Source: a virus (taxonomy: Duplodnaviria > Caudoviricetes). Taken from it: a DNA stretch of 64,000 bases. Positions 38,867 through 47,862 of this stretch are shown piece by piece. The notes beneath the pieces are model-generated. The model searched no databases. It was not told the DNA's origin and was given only the letters and a program-made list of their open reading frames with translations. Both the position numbers and the translations under genes were made by a program. The stretch lies in the IMG/VR virus record IMGVR_UViG_3300021399_000100. One strand, written 5' to 3'. Each line of letters starts with the position of its first letter. The first letter of the stretch is position 1.

Positions 38867-39571
38867 ATGAAATTCATCACGCCTGAAATAATTACCTTTA
38901 TAAAAGATAACATTCCAGCGAACCATATTGACACTGTCGAAAGTGTGACTACGTTGTCAGAATATCTCTATATAGACGACGCAGTATGTATCAGGTTCAG
39001 TGATCATTTTTCGCCAAAATTTGTGATGGGGCCACAAATCATCAAGCCGTTCTCAACATGTGTGGAAGACGTGTTCGTCGTATTTTATAAAAACAACAGC
39101 ACACCTATGATTATGGCAGGAGGTCAGTTAGGGCCATATTTAAAAATAACAATTACGAATATGATCATCGAGCATGAACGTAAGCAGTCAGAATCACTTG
39201 ACACAATTGTTCATGGCAATGATAAGGCGTGTGAACAATCCAATGCATCTGACACAATTGGCCCTGACAATGATAAGGATTCTTGGCAAAGTTATGTCCA
39301 TGATTCATGGAACGAGGTCCTATGGCAGGACCCTATAAAACATCCTGATAGTTGGCAGAAACTAGCGTGTGTTTTGGGGACATTGCCTCATTTTAGAGGA
39401 CTTCTAAAGGAATATAAGGATTATATTAAAATGTTATTCATGGACAAACGTTTATCGGTCATGGATATCCATGACATATGTAGGTCCACTAATAATCCAA
39501 AAGATTTGTTGAGAGCAGTCAGAGAACGCGCAGTCGGAGTAAGTGTATCAAATTTAAAACAAGTTTCATAA
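38867..39571 (+). CDS. hypothetical protein
   Basis: 234 aa; S.YL.I...IRFSDH motif common in phage proteins. Confidence 0.7.
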   Translation: MKFITPEIITFIKDNIPANHIDTVESVTTLSEYLYIDDAVCIRFSDHFSPKFVMGPQIIKPFSTCVEDVFVVFYKNNSTPMIMAGGQLGPYLKITITNMIIEHERKQSESLDTIVHGNDKACEQSNASDTIGPDNDKDSWQSYVHDSWNEVLWQDPIKHPDSWQKLACVLGTLPHFRGLLKEYKDYIKMLFMDKRLSVMDIHDICRSTNNPKDLLRAVRERAVGVSVSNLKQVS

Positions 39572-39587
39572 AAGTGATGAACGCAAT

Positions 39588-39616
39588 AAAGGGGTATGGT
39601 TAGCCGTATCCCTTTT
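39588..39616 (+). terminator. Rho-independent terminator
   Basis: aaaggggtatgg/ccgtatcccttt. Confidence 0.7.
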
Positions 39617-39847
39617 ATAATGCTTGTTTATATCGTAACATGCGATTTTTGCTATGATATCTTTTATATAATCGCATAAAAATATAAAATTGTGTAAGAT
39701 ATCAATTCAGAGAAAATAACGCGTTAAACACAAGAATTATAATGCCATCGTAATAGAAAAAATTCTGTATTTTCGTGGAGTCGGAAAGAATTTTTTATAT
39801 CTTTACGTAAAAGAAAACAGATTGTTGAACAGTTAAAACTTAAGGTT

Positions 39848-40291
39848 ATGAAACAACAAAAATATGAGATGTGCAAAGAAGGTTCAATGTACAGAATTAA
39901 GGCATTGAAAGACTTTGCAAATATAAAGGCGGGTGACCTAGGCGGACTAATTGATAAAGAATCCAATCTTTCTCAGGAAGGGGATTGTTGGATTAGCTAT
40001 AACGCTCGGGTATATGGTGATGCAGAGGTTTCTGAAAATGCTCAGGTCTATGACAACGCTAAGGTCTATGGAAATGCTTGTGTTCGCGGATTTGCTAAGG
40101 TCTATGGAAATGCCCAAGTTTATGGATGGGCTATAATTTCTGATAATGCTAAGGTTTTTGATAACGCTGAGGTATGTGAAGGTGCTGAAGTCTGGGATGA
40201 TGTCAAAGTTTTCGCAAATGCTAAAATTTGTGGAAATGCTGAGGTTGTGGGAAAAGAAAGTATTGGAGGGAATACGGAAGTGAAGTATTAA
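39848..40291 (+). CDS. Hexapeptide-repeat (left-handed beta-helix) protein, paralog 1
   Basis: RIKALKDF...GDLGGLI..E.NLSQEGDCW head followed by (N/D)A.VYG repeats. Confidence 0.85.
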   Translation: MKQQKYEMCKEGSMYRIKALKDFANIKAGDLGGLIDKESNLSQEGDCWISYNARVYGDAEVSENAQVYDNAKVYGNACVRGFAKVYGNAQVYGWAIISDNAKVFDNAEVCEGAEVWDDVKVFANAKICGNAEVVGKESIGGNTEVKY

Positions 40292-40308
40292 ACTAAAATA
40301 ATATAACA

Positions 40309-40884
40309 ATGGAAAAGAAGTATAAAACGGAGCCAGAGGGCTATATGTTGAGAATTATTGCTTTGAAACGTCTTGGCGAGTTTGACCAGGTTGTAAAAGG
40401 TGATAAAGGTGGATTGATAGAAAAAGAAGAAAACCTTTCTCAAGAGGGTGATTGCTGGGTTTTTGAAGATGCCCAGGTTTCAGGAAATGCCCAGGTTTCA
40501 GGAAATGCTTTTGTTTTAGAAAGTGCCTGTGTTTCCGGAAATGCTAAGGTTTATGGAAATGCTTGTGTTACTGAAAAAGCTCAAATTTCTGGTAATGCTC
40601 GGGTTTATGGAGAGGCTTTGATTTGTGAAAATGCGATGGTTTATGAGAATGCTCGTGTTTTTGGAGATGCTTATATTCTTGGAAATGCTCAGGTTTATGG
40701 GAAGGCAAGGGTTTATGGAAATTCTAAGGTTTATGAAGATGCCAGAGTATATGACAATGCTAAGGTTTTTGGGAAGGCAGAAGTTTGTGGGCATACTGAG
40801 ATTAAGGGAGACGTCAAGGTTTCTGGAAAGGCCTGTATTAGTGGAAAAACCGAGATTAAGGGATATAAAAATACAGAGGGTTAG
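40309..40884 (+). CDS. Hexapeptide-repeat protein, paralog 2
   Basis: Same head and GNAxV repeats. Confidence 0.85.
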   Translation: MEKKYKTEPEGYMLRIIALKRLGEFDQVVKGDKGGLIEKEENLSQEGDCWVFEDAQVSGNAQVSGNAFVLESACVSGNAKVYGNACVTEKAQISGNARVYGEALICENAMVYENARVFGDAYILGNAQVYGKARVYGNSKVYEDARVYDNAKVFGKAEVCGHTEIKGDVKVSGKACISGKTEIKGYKNTEG

Positions 40885-40936
40885 CCTGTAGTGATTCGAA
40901 TTTACACAATTAAATAAACATAAAACTAAAACAACA

Positions 40937-41863
40937 ATGGAAAAGAAGTATAAAACGGAGCCAGAGGGCTATATGTTAAGAATAATCTCCCTAAGAGATT
41001 TCTCCGACGTTAAACAAGGTGAGAAAGGTGGCTTAATTGAAAAAGAGAGAAACTTATCACAAGAAGGTGATTGTTGGATTAGCTATAACGCTCGGGTATA
41101 TGGTGATGCAGAGGTCTCAGACAACGCCATGATTCTCCACAACGCAGAGGTCTTTGGCAACGCGCATGTCGCAGGTGATGCTAGGGTCTTCGGTTACGCT
41201 AATATATTCGATAACGCTCTGGTCTTTGGCAAAGCTCGGGTCTTTGGTAACGCACATGTCGCTGGCAACGCTAGGGTATTCGAAAACGCATCAGTATCTG
41301 ACCAAGCGCATATCACAGACAACGCTCGTGTTTCTGGCAACGCACGTGTCTATGATAACGCTGTAGTTTTAGGTGACGCCCATGTCGCAGGTGATGAGCG
41401 TATAGGAGGTGATGCCGAAATTAAACAAACGTCAAATGATAACGAAGTATTATTTAAAGACCTTTGCGCAAGGGCACATTACGGAGTGATTTGCTCAATC
41501 TACAGAATAGATGATTATGGTGTAGGTTGCTGCGATGAGAAATTGATGGGTTATTTCATTGATGGACTCGGATATGAATTTTATTTTGGTGAATCCCCAA
41601 TGTCTATTGATAATATTTCTAAAATCAAGCCCTATCTCCGTCCAATGTCAGATATGACTGAGAAAGAAAAAGATGAATATAATCGGTTCATCTTTGATTA
41701 TGAATATGATGATTATTGGAATCCCGGAAAATACAGGGATGCTGTAGAAGTATATATGATGGACGAACTTATTGATTGGCTTAATGCTCATCACTTTGAT
41801 TACCGCAACCTCATAGAGAGAGGATTGGCATTACCTGCTCCAGAAGGAATGTACAACGTTTAA
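40937..41863 (+). CDS. Hexapeptide-repeat protein, paralog 3, fused to an unrelated C-terminal domain
   Basis: LbH repeats then LFKDLCAR..YGV...IKPYLRPMS.MTE.E...DWLNAHHFDYR.LIE.GLA. Confidence 0.85.
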   Translation: MEKKYKTEPEGYMLRIISLRDFSDVKQGEKGGLIEKERNLSQEGDCWISYNARVYGDAEVSDNAMILHNAEVFGNAHVAGDARVFGYANIFDNALVFGKARVFGNAHVAGNARVFENASVSDQAHITDNARVSGNARVYDNAVVLGDAHVAGDERIGGDAEIKQTSNDNEVLFKDLCARAHYGVICSIYRIDDYGVGCCDEKLMGYFIDGLGYEFYFGESPMSIDNISKIKPYLRPMSDMTEKEKDEYNRFIFDYEYDDYWNPGKYRDAVEVYMMDELIDWLNAHHFDYRNLIERGLALPAPEGMYNV

Positions 41864-41876
41864 ATATTAAAAAAAT

Positions 41877-42287
41877 ATGAAAGCAACATTAGTAAAAACA
41901 TATAGAAATGGCGCGGTTTCGATTTATAAACTATCGGAACCAATTACCAAAGGCAAGTCGGACTTGCTAGGTAAAATTGATATAAAGCGATCGATTGATA
42001 ATCGGTATAATAGGCTGTTACCAGAATACAAGGAGACAGCAAAAAAATATCGCAAAGACGATGGCTACTATATAGCTATTAGCATGGCGCACACACATGT
42101 GGAAAAGCTTGTGTTTCCGGTATTAAGAATAACGGAAGATGTACTTGATATCACAGGAAATGACATAGCAGGTAAACATACACGCATGATAGATGGAGGA
42201 GACCCTTCAACTATTTATGCTGATGAAGTATACCTTAGATATTTGGCTACATTGAATGGGCTGCATTTCGAAGGTATTGAAAAATAA
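41877..42287 (+). CDS. hypothetical protein
   Basis: 136 aa ORF. Confidence 0.7.
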   Translation: MKATLVKTYRNGAVSIYKLSEPITKGKSDLLGKIDIKRSIDNRYNRLLPEYKETAKKYRKDDGYYIAISMAHTHVEKLVFPVLRITEDVLDITGNDIAGKHTRMIDGGDPSTIYADEVYLRYLATLNGLHFEGIEK

Positions 42288-42300
42288 GGAGGGAACTAGA

Positions 42301-42654
42301 ATGAAAAAAAATAAAATACTCGAAGTAGATGGAGTGTATTACACTCTAGTTGATGGCTCGTCTTGTAGTGATTGTGCCCTAAAGGAAAAATGCGAATCTA
42401 GCCTCTTCGGAGGGGATTGCAGCAAAGACACTCACTTCGAGAAAGCTGACATAGAACCTACCAAAGAAATGATAAGGAGGGTTCTACGACTATCCCATGA
42501 GGCTGAAAAAGTCTTTAACGAAGGATGCCGCCTCATCATTGGAGTTACTATTGATGAACAGATTGACAATATAAAAAGGCAGCAAGCAGGCCTCTCTTCT
42601 GATGAAAGAATAAAGTTTATAAAAGATTTTTGGCATGACGACAGCATAAAATAA
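42301..42654 (+). CDS. hypothetical Cys-rich protein, paralog 1
   Basis: ATG 42301 with AAGGAGG upstream; CSDC..KEKC...C; paralog of downstream ORF. Confidence 0.7.
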   Translation: MKKNKILEVDGVYYTLVDGSSCSDCALKEKCESSLFGGDCSKDTHFEKADIEPTKEMIRRVLRLSHEAEKVFNEGCRLIIGVTIDEQIDNIKRQQAGLSSDERIKFIKDFWHDDSIK

Positions 42655-42664
42655 GGAGGTTGAA

Positions 42665-43042
42665 ATGAATATAATACTCAAAATAGGCTAGTTTGATTAT
42701 AATCAAAAATGTGGCTCCATCAATGAGAAACCATTGGCTGACGGAAGGATATGTAGTGGCAACCACTTCAAGGAAGCTGATATATCTATAGATATAGACC
42801 CCACAGAAGAATTGATAAGAAAGGTTCTAAGTCTATCAGATGATGCAGATAAAGCATTTAAAGAACATTGCAGTTTATTTACTGGCGCTACTATTGATGA
42901 ACAATTTGATAACCAAAGAAGGCAACGTAATGGACTTTTGCTTGAGGAAAGAATCAGGTTCATAAAAGATCATTGGAAAGACACCTTTTATTATCTACAG
43001 CCTATTCGTAGTAGAGAAGGATTAATAACTGTTAAAATTTAA
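42665..43042 (+). pseudogene. Paralog of 42301..42654 with in-frame TAG at 42689-42691 (likely disrupted 5' end)
   Basis: AAGGAGG-ATG MNIILKIG* continues in frame FDYNQKC...HFKEADI...PTEELIRKVL.LS, aligning to paralog 1 with a deletion. Confidence 0.55.
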
Positions 43043-43058
43043 AACGGAGGAAGAAAAA

Positions 43059-43391
43059 ATGAATAATTTAGATAATTTAAAAGAAAATCGTTCAGAGTGG
43101 TCGCAAGAAGACTGTGAGGAGCTAATGTCTAAATATACACAACATTTAGATAATTTACAATCAAGCCTTTCCGAGTGTTCACAAGAAGAACTCGAAGAGC
43201 TAAAGCCAGTATTTATGCACACTAAAGATAGACTCTTGAATATGCTAAAGAAAGTTTTAAAACCGTGGTTAGCTGAGAGGTGGAAAAAAGACAATGCTCC
43301 AAAATATCAAAAGTATTTTGAGGAGTGGTTTTCCAACATCACCGAAGACCAAGCTTTAGGTTTCTATAAACAAATGATAACAAAATTATGA
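43059..43391 (+). CDS. hypothetical protein with N-terminal tandem repeat
   Basis: LDNLKENRSEWSQEDCEEL / LDNLQSSLSECSQEELEEL. Confidence 0.65.
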   Translation: MNNLDNLKENRSEWSQEDCEELMSKYTQHLDNLQSSLSECSQEELEELKPVFMHTKDRLLNMLKKVLKPWLAERWKKDNAPKYQKYFEEWFSNITEDQALGFYKQMITKL

Positions 43392-43471
43392 CGACAAAAT
43401 TAGTAGAGTCCCTTAATGACCTTTATTTTGGAGGTATTGAGGACGAAGAAATTTAGTTCCAAAAACATTGA

Positions 43472-43711
43472 ATGAGAAGTAATATGATGAAGTACAGAAT
43501 TATAAGGTTAGATTTAAAAGACCACTCCGTCTATTGTATACAAAAGAAGTTCTTATTCTTTTGGTGGATTGACCTCAATTCTACTGGAGGTTACACGCAC
43601 GATTTCCCTTATCATTATTCAAGTCTTGAGGAGGCAAGGGTCGCACTTAGATGGTTCAATCCAAAGAAAACAGTAATTGATGTTGAGTACCAGAACTATT
43701 GTAAATGGTAA
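43472..43711 (+). CDS. hypothetical protein (IQKKFLFFWW family)
   Basis: Homologous to 62097..62276. Confidence 0.65.
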   Translation: MRSNMMKYRIIRLDLKDHSVYCIQKKFLFFWWIDLNSTGGYTHDFPYHYSSLEEARVALRWFNPKKTVIDVEYQNYCKW

Positions 43712-43717
43712 ACATAA

Positions 43718-43747
43718 AAAGAGGAAGTGATTACTCACCTCCTCTTT
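43718..43747. terminator. Bidirectional terminator
   Basis: aaagagga...tcctcttt between convergent early genes and the capsid gene. Confidence 0.7.
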
Positions 43748-43779
43748 ATTATTTTATAGTCTATTGCTGGACTAATATA

Positions 43780-45519
43780 TTACCCCAAGTAAGGGAAGAT
43801 TGCTGCGAAGTCACTAGTTTCACCACTGACTTTCTGCAACTTCAAATCAAAGCCCAAATAAAGGGTTTCTGGATGCTGACCTGCTGCTGCGATAGCATAT
43901 CTAGATGTCATCGAAACGACATTCTGGCCGCCCATACCTTCACTTGGATAAGTGATTTGGTCAGCAAGGATGTAAGGCATGAACTTCAAGCCAGGGGACT
44001 GTTCAGTACCTACTGCACCAACCAAACATGAAGTAGAGTCGAAATCCAAATATGGATCAACGTACACCTTCAATCTACCCAGACTACCGATATTATAGAT
44101 AGCGTTGCTACCTGAAGCTGCAGCGAATGTTGTAACAGGAGTAGCCAAGAAAGTAGGCATATCCATAATTGCTGTACCGATACCTGCACCAACTACTACC
44201 CAATCAGCAGGGCTCACACGTGAACGAGTTGAAATGATATTTGATGCGAGGTTAAACTTAGCAACAACTTGCTTCTGAATAGTCAAGCTATTCTCGTGCA
44301 AATCACTCGAGATAACGATCTTAGCGTTGAAGCCGATAGAATCAGCATGCTTTTTACCCAAAGTATGAAGTGCCTTCAAGATATCAAAGTTGATACGCTG
44401 AGTGCATTCATTAGTCAAGATTGCGTTAATGAAGCCATAAGGGTCATAACCATAAGCGGTCATATCCTGGAACTGCTCACGAGTGATTTCACCTTGAATC
44501 TTAATGGTCTTAGCGTCAACTTTAGTTGAAGCCATCTCAAGCGATACCTTATTAGCAGGAGTAACCTCACCTTCAGATCTCAAATAAGGATTCAATGTCT
44601 TCAAGTTATACTGTGCAGCACCACGAGTACCGTCAGCAGTGTTGTAATCACCGTTAGAACCATATTTAGACACACCAGTGAAGAAAGGAACGAAGTCCTC
44701 GTATGTCTTAACAGTGTCGAAATATGAGATCTTAACCTTTACTGGATCAGCACCTATAGGTGTAATAGTTACTTCAACACCATCTGCATACTGATTGAAG
44801 ATGTTAGCAAAGGTAGAGCCTTCCTGTGTAGAATCACTTCCGAAGTTACCATTACGATAAGCCTCATTAGGATAAACGATCTCGAAGATAGGAGCCTTGT
44901 CATAGAATGACAGCAAACCTGTAAAGGTAACCTTGGCGCCCAATGATGTACCAAGTGCAACTGGGGTAGCATCTGCTCCTGTGCCTGGAATAGTGATAGT
45001 TGCTTCTACGCCCTTCAATGCTTCAAGGATCTCGTTTTTAGTCTTGGTAGTGTTACCTGCTATAGCAAGAGTAGCATCCCAATCGATGACACCTTTAACA
45101 AGACGTGGGTTCTTAGCAGAAGTATCCAAGCTTCCGAGGTTGCGGTTAGTTGCACCACCAGAGTAAACACCGTTTACATAAGGAAGAATGGTCAACGCTG
45201 TTGAGATAGGTACTGTTGGGAGCAAATCGAGCGCGATTGTCTGTGCTGCAATCGCCATTGCCATAGGCAATGTGCTCGATGGCATATCACCTGAACCAAA
45301 ATTACCGTCGTTAGTGATACCAGTGAAAGTTCCATCTGGGTTCGCAGAACCCTGTGGAAGCGTAGGATCACCCATTCCAGCGAAATTAGCGTCAGGATTC
45401 ATGTGCATATTACCCCATGATTCCAAAATAGACTTAGCATCCAAACCCTTGGTTGCTGCCTCGTTCAATGCATGAATAGATGCGAGCTTTTGCATCCATG
45501 CGTTTTTATTTTGCCTCAT
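43780..45519 (-). CDS. Major capsid protein (T4 gp23-like, HK97 fold)
   Basis: LPMAMAIAAQTIALDL.PTVP, T.EQFQD, L.NE...IN, KVYVDPY, PGL.FMPY, SRYA; leader with ALNE cleavage-like site; GTAAATA at 45590-45596(-). Confidence 0.85.
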   Translation of the reverse strand: MRQNKNAWMQKLASIHALNEAATKGLDAKSILESWGNMHMNPDANFAGMGDPTLPQGSANPDGTFTGITNDGNFGSGDMPSSTLPMAMAIAAQTIALDLLPTVPISTALTILPYVNGVYSGGATNRNLGSLDTSAKNPRLVKGVIDWDATLAIAGNTTKTKNEILEALKGVEATITIPGTGADATPVALGTSLGAKVTFTGLLSFYDKAPIFEIVYPNEAYRNGNFGSDSTQEGSTFANIFNQYADGVEVTITPIGADPVKVKISYFDTVKTYEDFVPFFTGVSKYGSNGDYNTADGTRGAAQYNLKTLNPYLRSEGEVTPANKVSLEMASTKVDAKTIKIQGEITREQFQDMTAYGYDPYGFINAILTNECTQRINFDILKALHTLGKKHADSIGFNAKIVISSDLHENSLTIQKQVVAKFNLASNIISTRSRVSPADWVVVGAGIGTAIMDMPTFLATPVTTFAAASGSNAIYNIGSLGRLKVYVDPYLDFDSTSCLVGAVGTEQSPGLKFMPYILADQITYPSEGMGGQNVVSMTSRYAIAAAGQHPETLYLGFDLKLQKVSGETSDFAAIFPYLG

Positions 45520-45654
45520 AAAAAATGATTGTATGGTTGTACCTCCTATTATTCCTCTGAAGGAGATACTGTATGAAATTATTATGTATTATTTACCCCT
45601 CAATAATAAACTATAACGCGTAAATAATAAAGAAATTTGTATTATTTTCATAAA

Positions 45655-47427
45655 ATGGCCAGAAAATATGCTTATATACATAAAAATAATGCAGTATCTA
45701 CTAATAGATTCGACTATCCATATGCTGCAGATGATGAATTTGGCGTTATAGATACCAAGACAGGAGTCAATAGCTCTCCTAATTCTGTACCGCTATCTCC
45801 TGTATTAAAGGGAGTAGTATCTGCTACCGATAACGGAAAAGGAAGCAAGACTACTGAAACAGTCAGTCCTCGTCTATATTTCTCTGATGATGAAAATAGA
45901 CAGGCATTCTATCCGAAATCTATATTCAATGATTTCTGCGCAGTAAACTATTCTTTAATATATGGTAGAATGCCTAATCTTGGCAAAGACCAAACAGATC
46001 TGGCTAGGCACCAAGCAAGATATTCTGATTATACTGCAAATATCCGAGACGTTAATGCAGATGCTGAAGCTTACCGTATAGCTAAATTGAAGCCCACTAT
46101 TCAGGCGATTATGAAATATTATAATCAAGACGATGATTATGGACTCAGAAGATATGATTATACGGATTTTGCGTTTCTGAAACGATTAAATCAGGTTCCA
46201 CTGAATTATTTAATAACTCTTCGCAGATACCCTACTCCTTGTGGTGACGGTATGATAGATTTATCATGCCCTGCAAGTGACACTGTTAATAAATTAGGCG
46301 TATGGCCTACTTATGGATGTATTGCAAAGGCAGTAACATATATGTCTAAAGACAATGGTAACGACATAAATGCTATATTAAGATTTGCATATGGCTCTAA
46401 TTGGACAGAAGAGCAGGCTGATATACAGCAGATGGAGAGTAACACTACATTGAGGTCGCAAACAATAAATAGACCTAATTCTGTAAAGAATCTAGTGTAC
46501 GCCGCACGTAGAATCAATAATCCCTCATCTGCTTCTGGGCAAGGTATAGACTGGTACGATGGGGTATGTGGTCCATTAAGACAGAACTTTGCAGACAGAC
46601 GTATCTATCAAGGCGACGCTCTGGTAGATAAATATAGCACATCTGTATTAGGACCTATCAACTGTATCGATAGTGTTTATATCCGCAGTAGAGGATTGAC
46701 ATTTGATCAAGGTATCACTTTGACATTTGAGTATGATTTGAAATCAGTTGCCATGATGAACCCTAAAGCAGTAGCTCTTGACCTTATAGCTAACTTCTTT
46801 ACTCTTACAGGCAATTACGGAGGATTCTGGGGAGGCGCTACTAGATGGCATCAACGTCCAGAAGAATTAGGAGCGCCTGTAGGGGATATAGAAGCGCTCA
46901 GAAATGGCGATATATTGAAATTTGTATCATCTGTCAAGGATAGTTTCGTGAATACTGTACAAAGTATCTTTAGTGGTAGTGTCGAAGAGATTGTAGAAAA
47001 GGTCGCTACTGTAGTTGCAGGCGGCTTGGCCGACCATCTGAGTGATATCATGGATAGATACTCTCCTCTAGGTGCTGCGCAGATCACTAAAGCTCTGTTG
47101 AGAAATACTCCTACGGGCAACTGGCACCTTGTTATAGGGAATCCGTTAGACCCTATAGCAACTATAGGAAATCTATGTGTAGAAAGTACAGATGTAACAT
47201 GGGGACCTATTTTACAAGGTGACGATTTTCCATCTAGCATTAATTTTGAAGTAAGGCTTCGTCACGGTATGCCTAGAGATATTGGTTCTATTCAAACTAT
47301 GTTTAATATGGGTAAAGGTAGAATCTATGTAGATATAGATCCTAAAGTCATTGAAGCTCAGCAATCATCTAATGCAGGTACTGCTAATGGCTTCAGCAGA
47401 AATTATCATTCTGTATTTGGTAATTAA
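45655..47427 (+). CDS. Putative baseplate/tail-tube junction protein (gp48-like)
   Basis: Late motif 45620; LTFEY, C-terminal NLCVEST.V.WGP...DDFPS.INFEV.L tube-fold pattern; precedes gp53-like gene. Confidence 0.45.
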   Translation: MARKYAYIHKNNAVSTNRFDYPYAADDEFGVIDTKTGVNSSPNSVPLSPVLKGVVSATDNGKGSKTTETVSPRLYFSDDENRQAFYPKSIFNDFCAVNYSLIYGRMPNLGKDQTDLARHQARYSDYTANIRDVNADAEAYRIAKLKPTIQAIMKYYNQDDDYGLRRYDYTDFAFLKRLNQVPLNYLITLRRYPTPCGDGMIDLSCPASDTVNKLGVWPTYGCIAKAVTYMSKDNGNDINAILRFAYGSNWTEEQADIQQMESNTTLRSQTINRPNSVKNLVYAARRINNPSSASGQGIDWYDGVCGPLRQNFADRRIYQGDALVDKYSTSVLGPINCIDSVYIRSRGLTFDQGITLTFEYDLKSVAMMNPKAVALDLIANFFTLTGNYGGFWGGATRWHQRPEELGAPVGDIEALRNGDILKFVSSVKDSFVNTVQSIFSGSVEEIVEKVATVVAGGLADHLSDIMDRYSPLGAAQITKALLRNTPTGNWHLVIGNPLDPIATIGNLCVESTDVTWGPILQGDDFPSSINFEVRLRHGMPRDIGSIQTMFNMGKGRIYVDIDPKVIEAQQSSNAGTANGFSRNYHSVFGN

Positions 47428-47453
47428 TCATTTTATATAATATTGTATATACT

Positions 47454-47861
47454 ATGGACACTATAATACTTGAAAGACTTGCTGTAGATGACGAAAATAT
47501 TGAATGGGGCAGACGCATCATTAATAAAGATGATATAAATGTTGTCAATATAGTCACTGCTAATAAAAGTCATAATATGAGATGTGATAAGCTAGCCATG
47601 ACGATGGGAGTGACTGATATGAATCAGATATCTATTCTCAATGAGATAATGAATCCTTTCACAATAGAAGAAGGTAAGTCATATTTAGTACCTGATGGGG
47701 CTATTAGTAAATATTACGATAGCACTGAGCCACAATATCCTGTAACTAAAAGCAGCACAAAGACTGCACGTGGAAAAGAATCATCCCTTACCACTACACA
47801 AATTACTGAGATATTGGAACCTGAAACAGACAAAGATAGACAAAATAGATTGAGCAAATAA
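47454..47861 (+). CDS. Baseplate wedge LysM-like protein (gp53-like)
   Basis: MRCDKLA...ISILNEIMNPFTIEEG...VP. Confidence 0.6.
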   Translation: MDTIILERLAVDDENIEWGRRIINKDDINVVNIVTANKSHNMRCDKLAMTMGVTDMNQISILNEIMNPFTIEEGKSYLVPDGAISKYYDSTEPQYPVTKSSTKTARGKESSLTTTQITEILEPETDKDRQNRLSK

Positions 47862-47862
47862 T

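Noticed and set aside
39947-41366. Alternative-frame and antisense ORFs over the hexapeptide-repeat genes (also 60776-61270, 60793-61266)
   Set aside because: They are shadows of the 18-bp periodic coding sequence, with no independent start signals.
42665-43042. TAG recoding (Lak-like alternative genetic code)
   Set aside because: Long genes are uninterrupted in the standard code and several genes end cleanly at TAG (6332, 6781, 9294, 27594, 38102, 40884); this single in-frame TAG coincides with a deletion.
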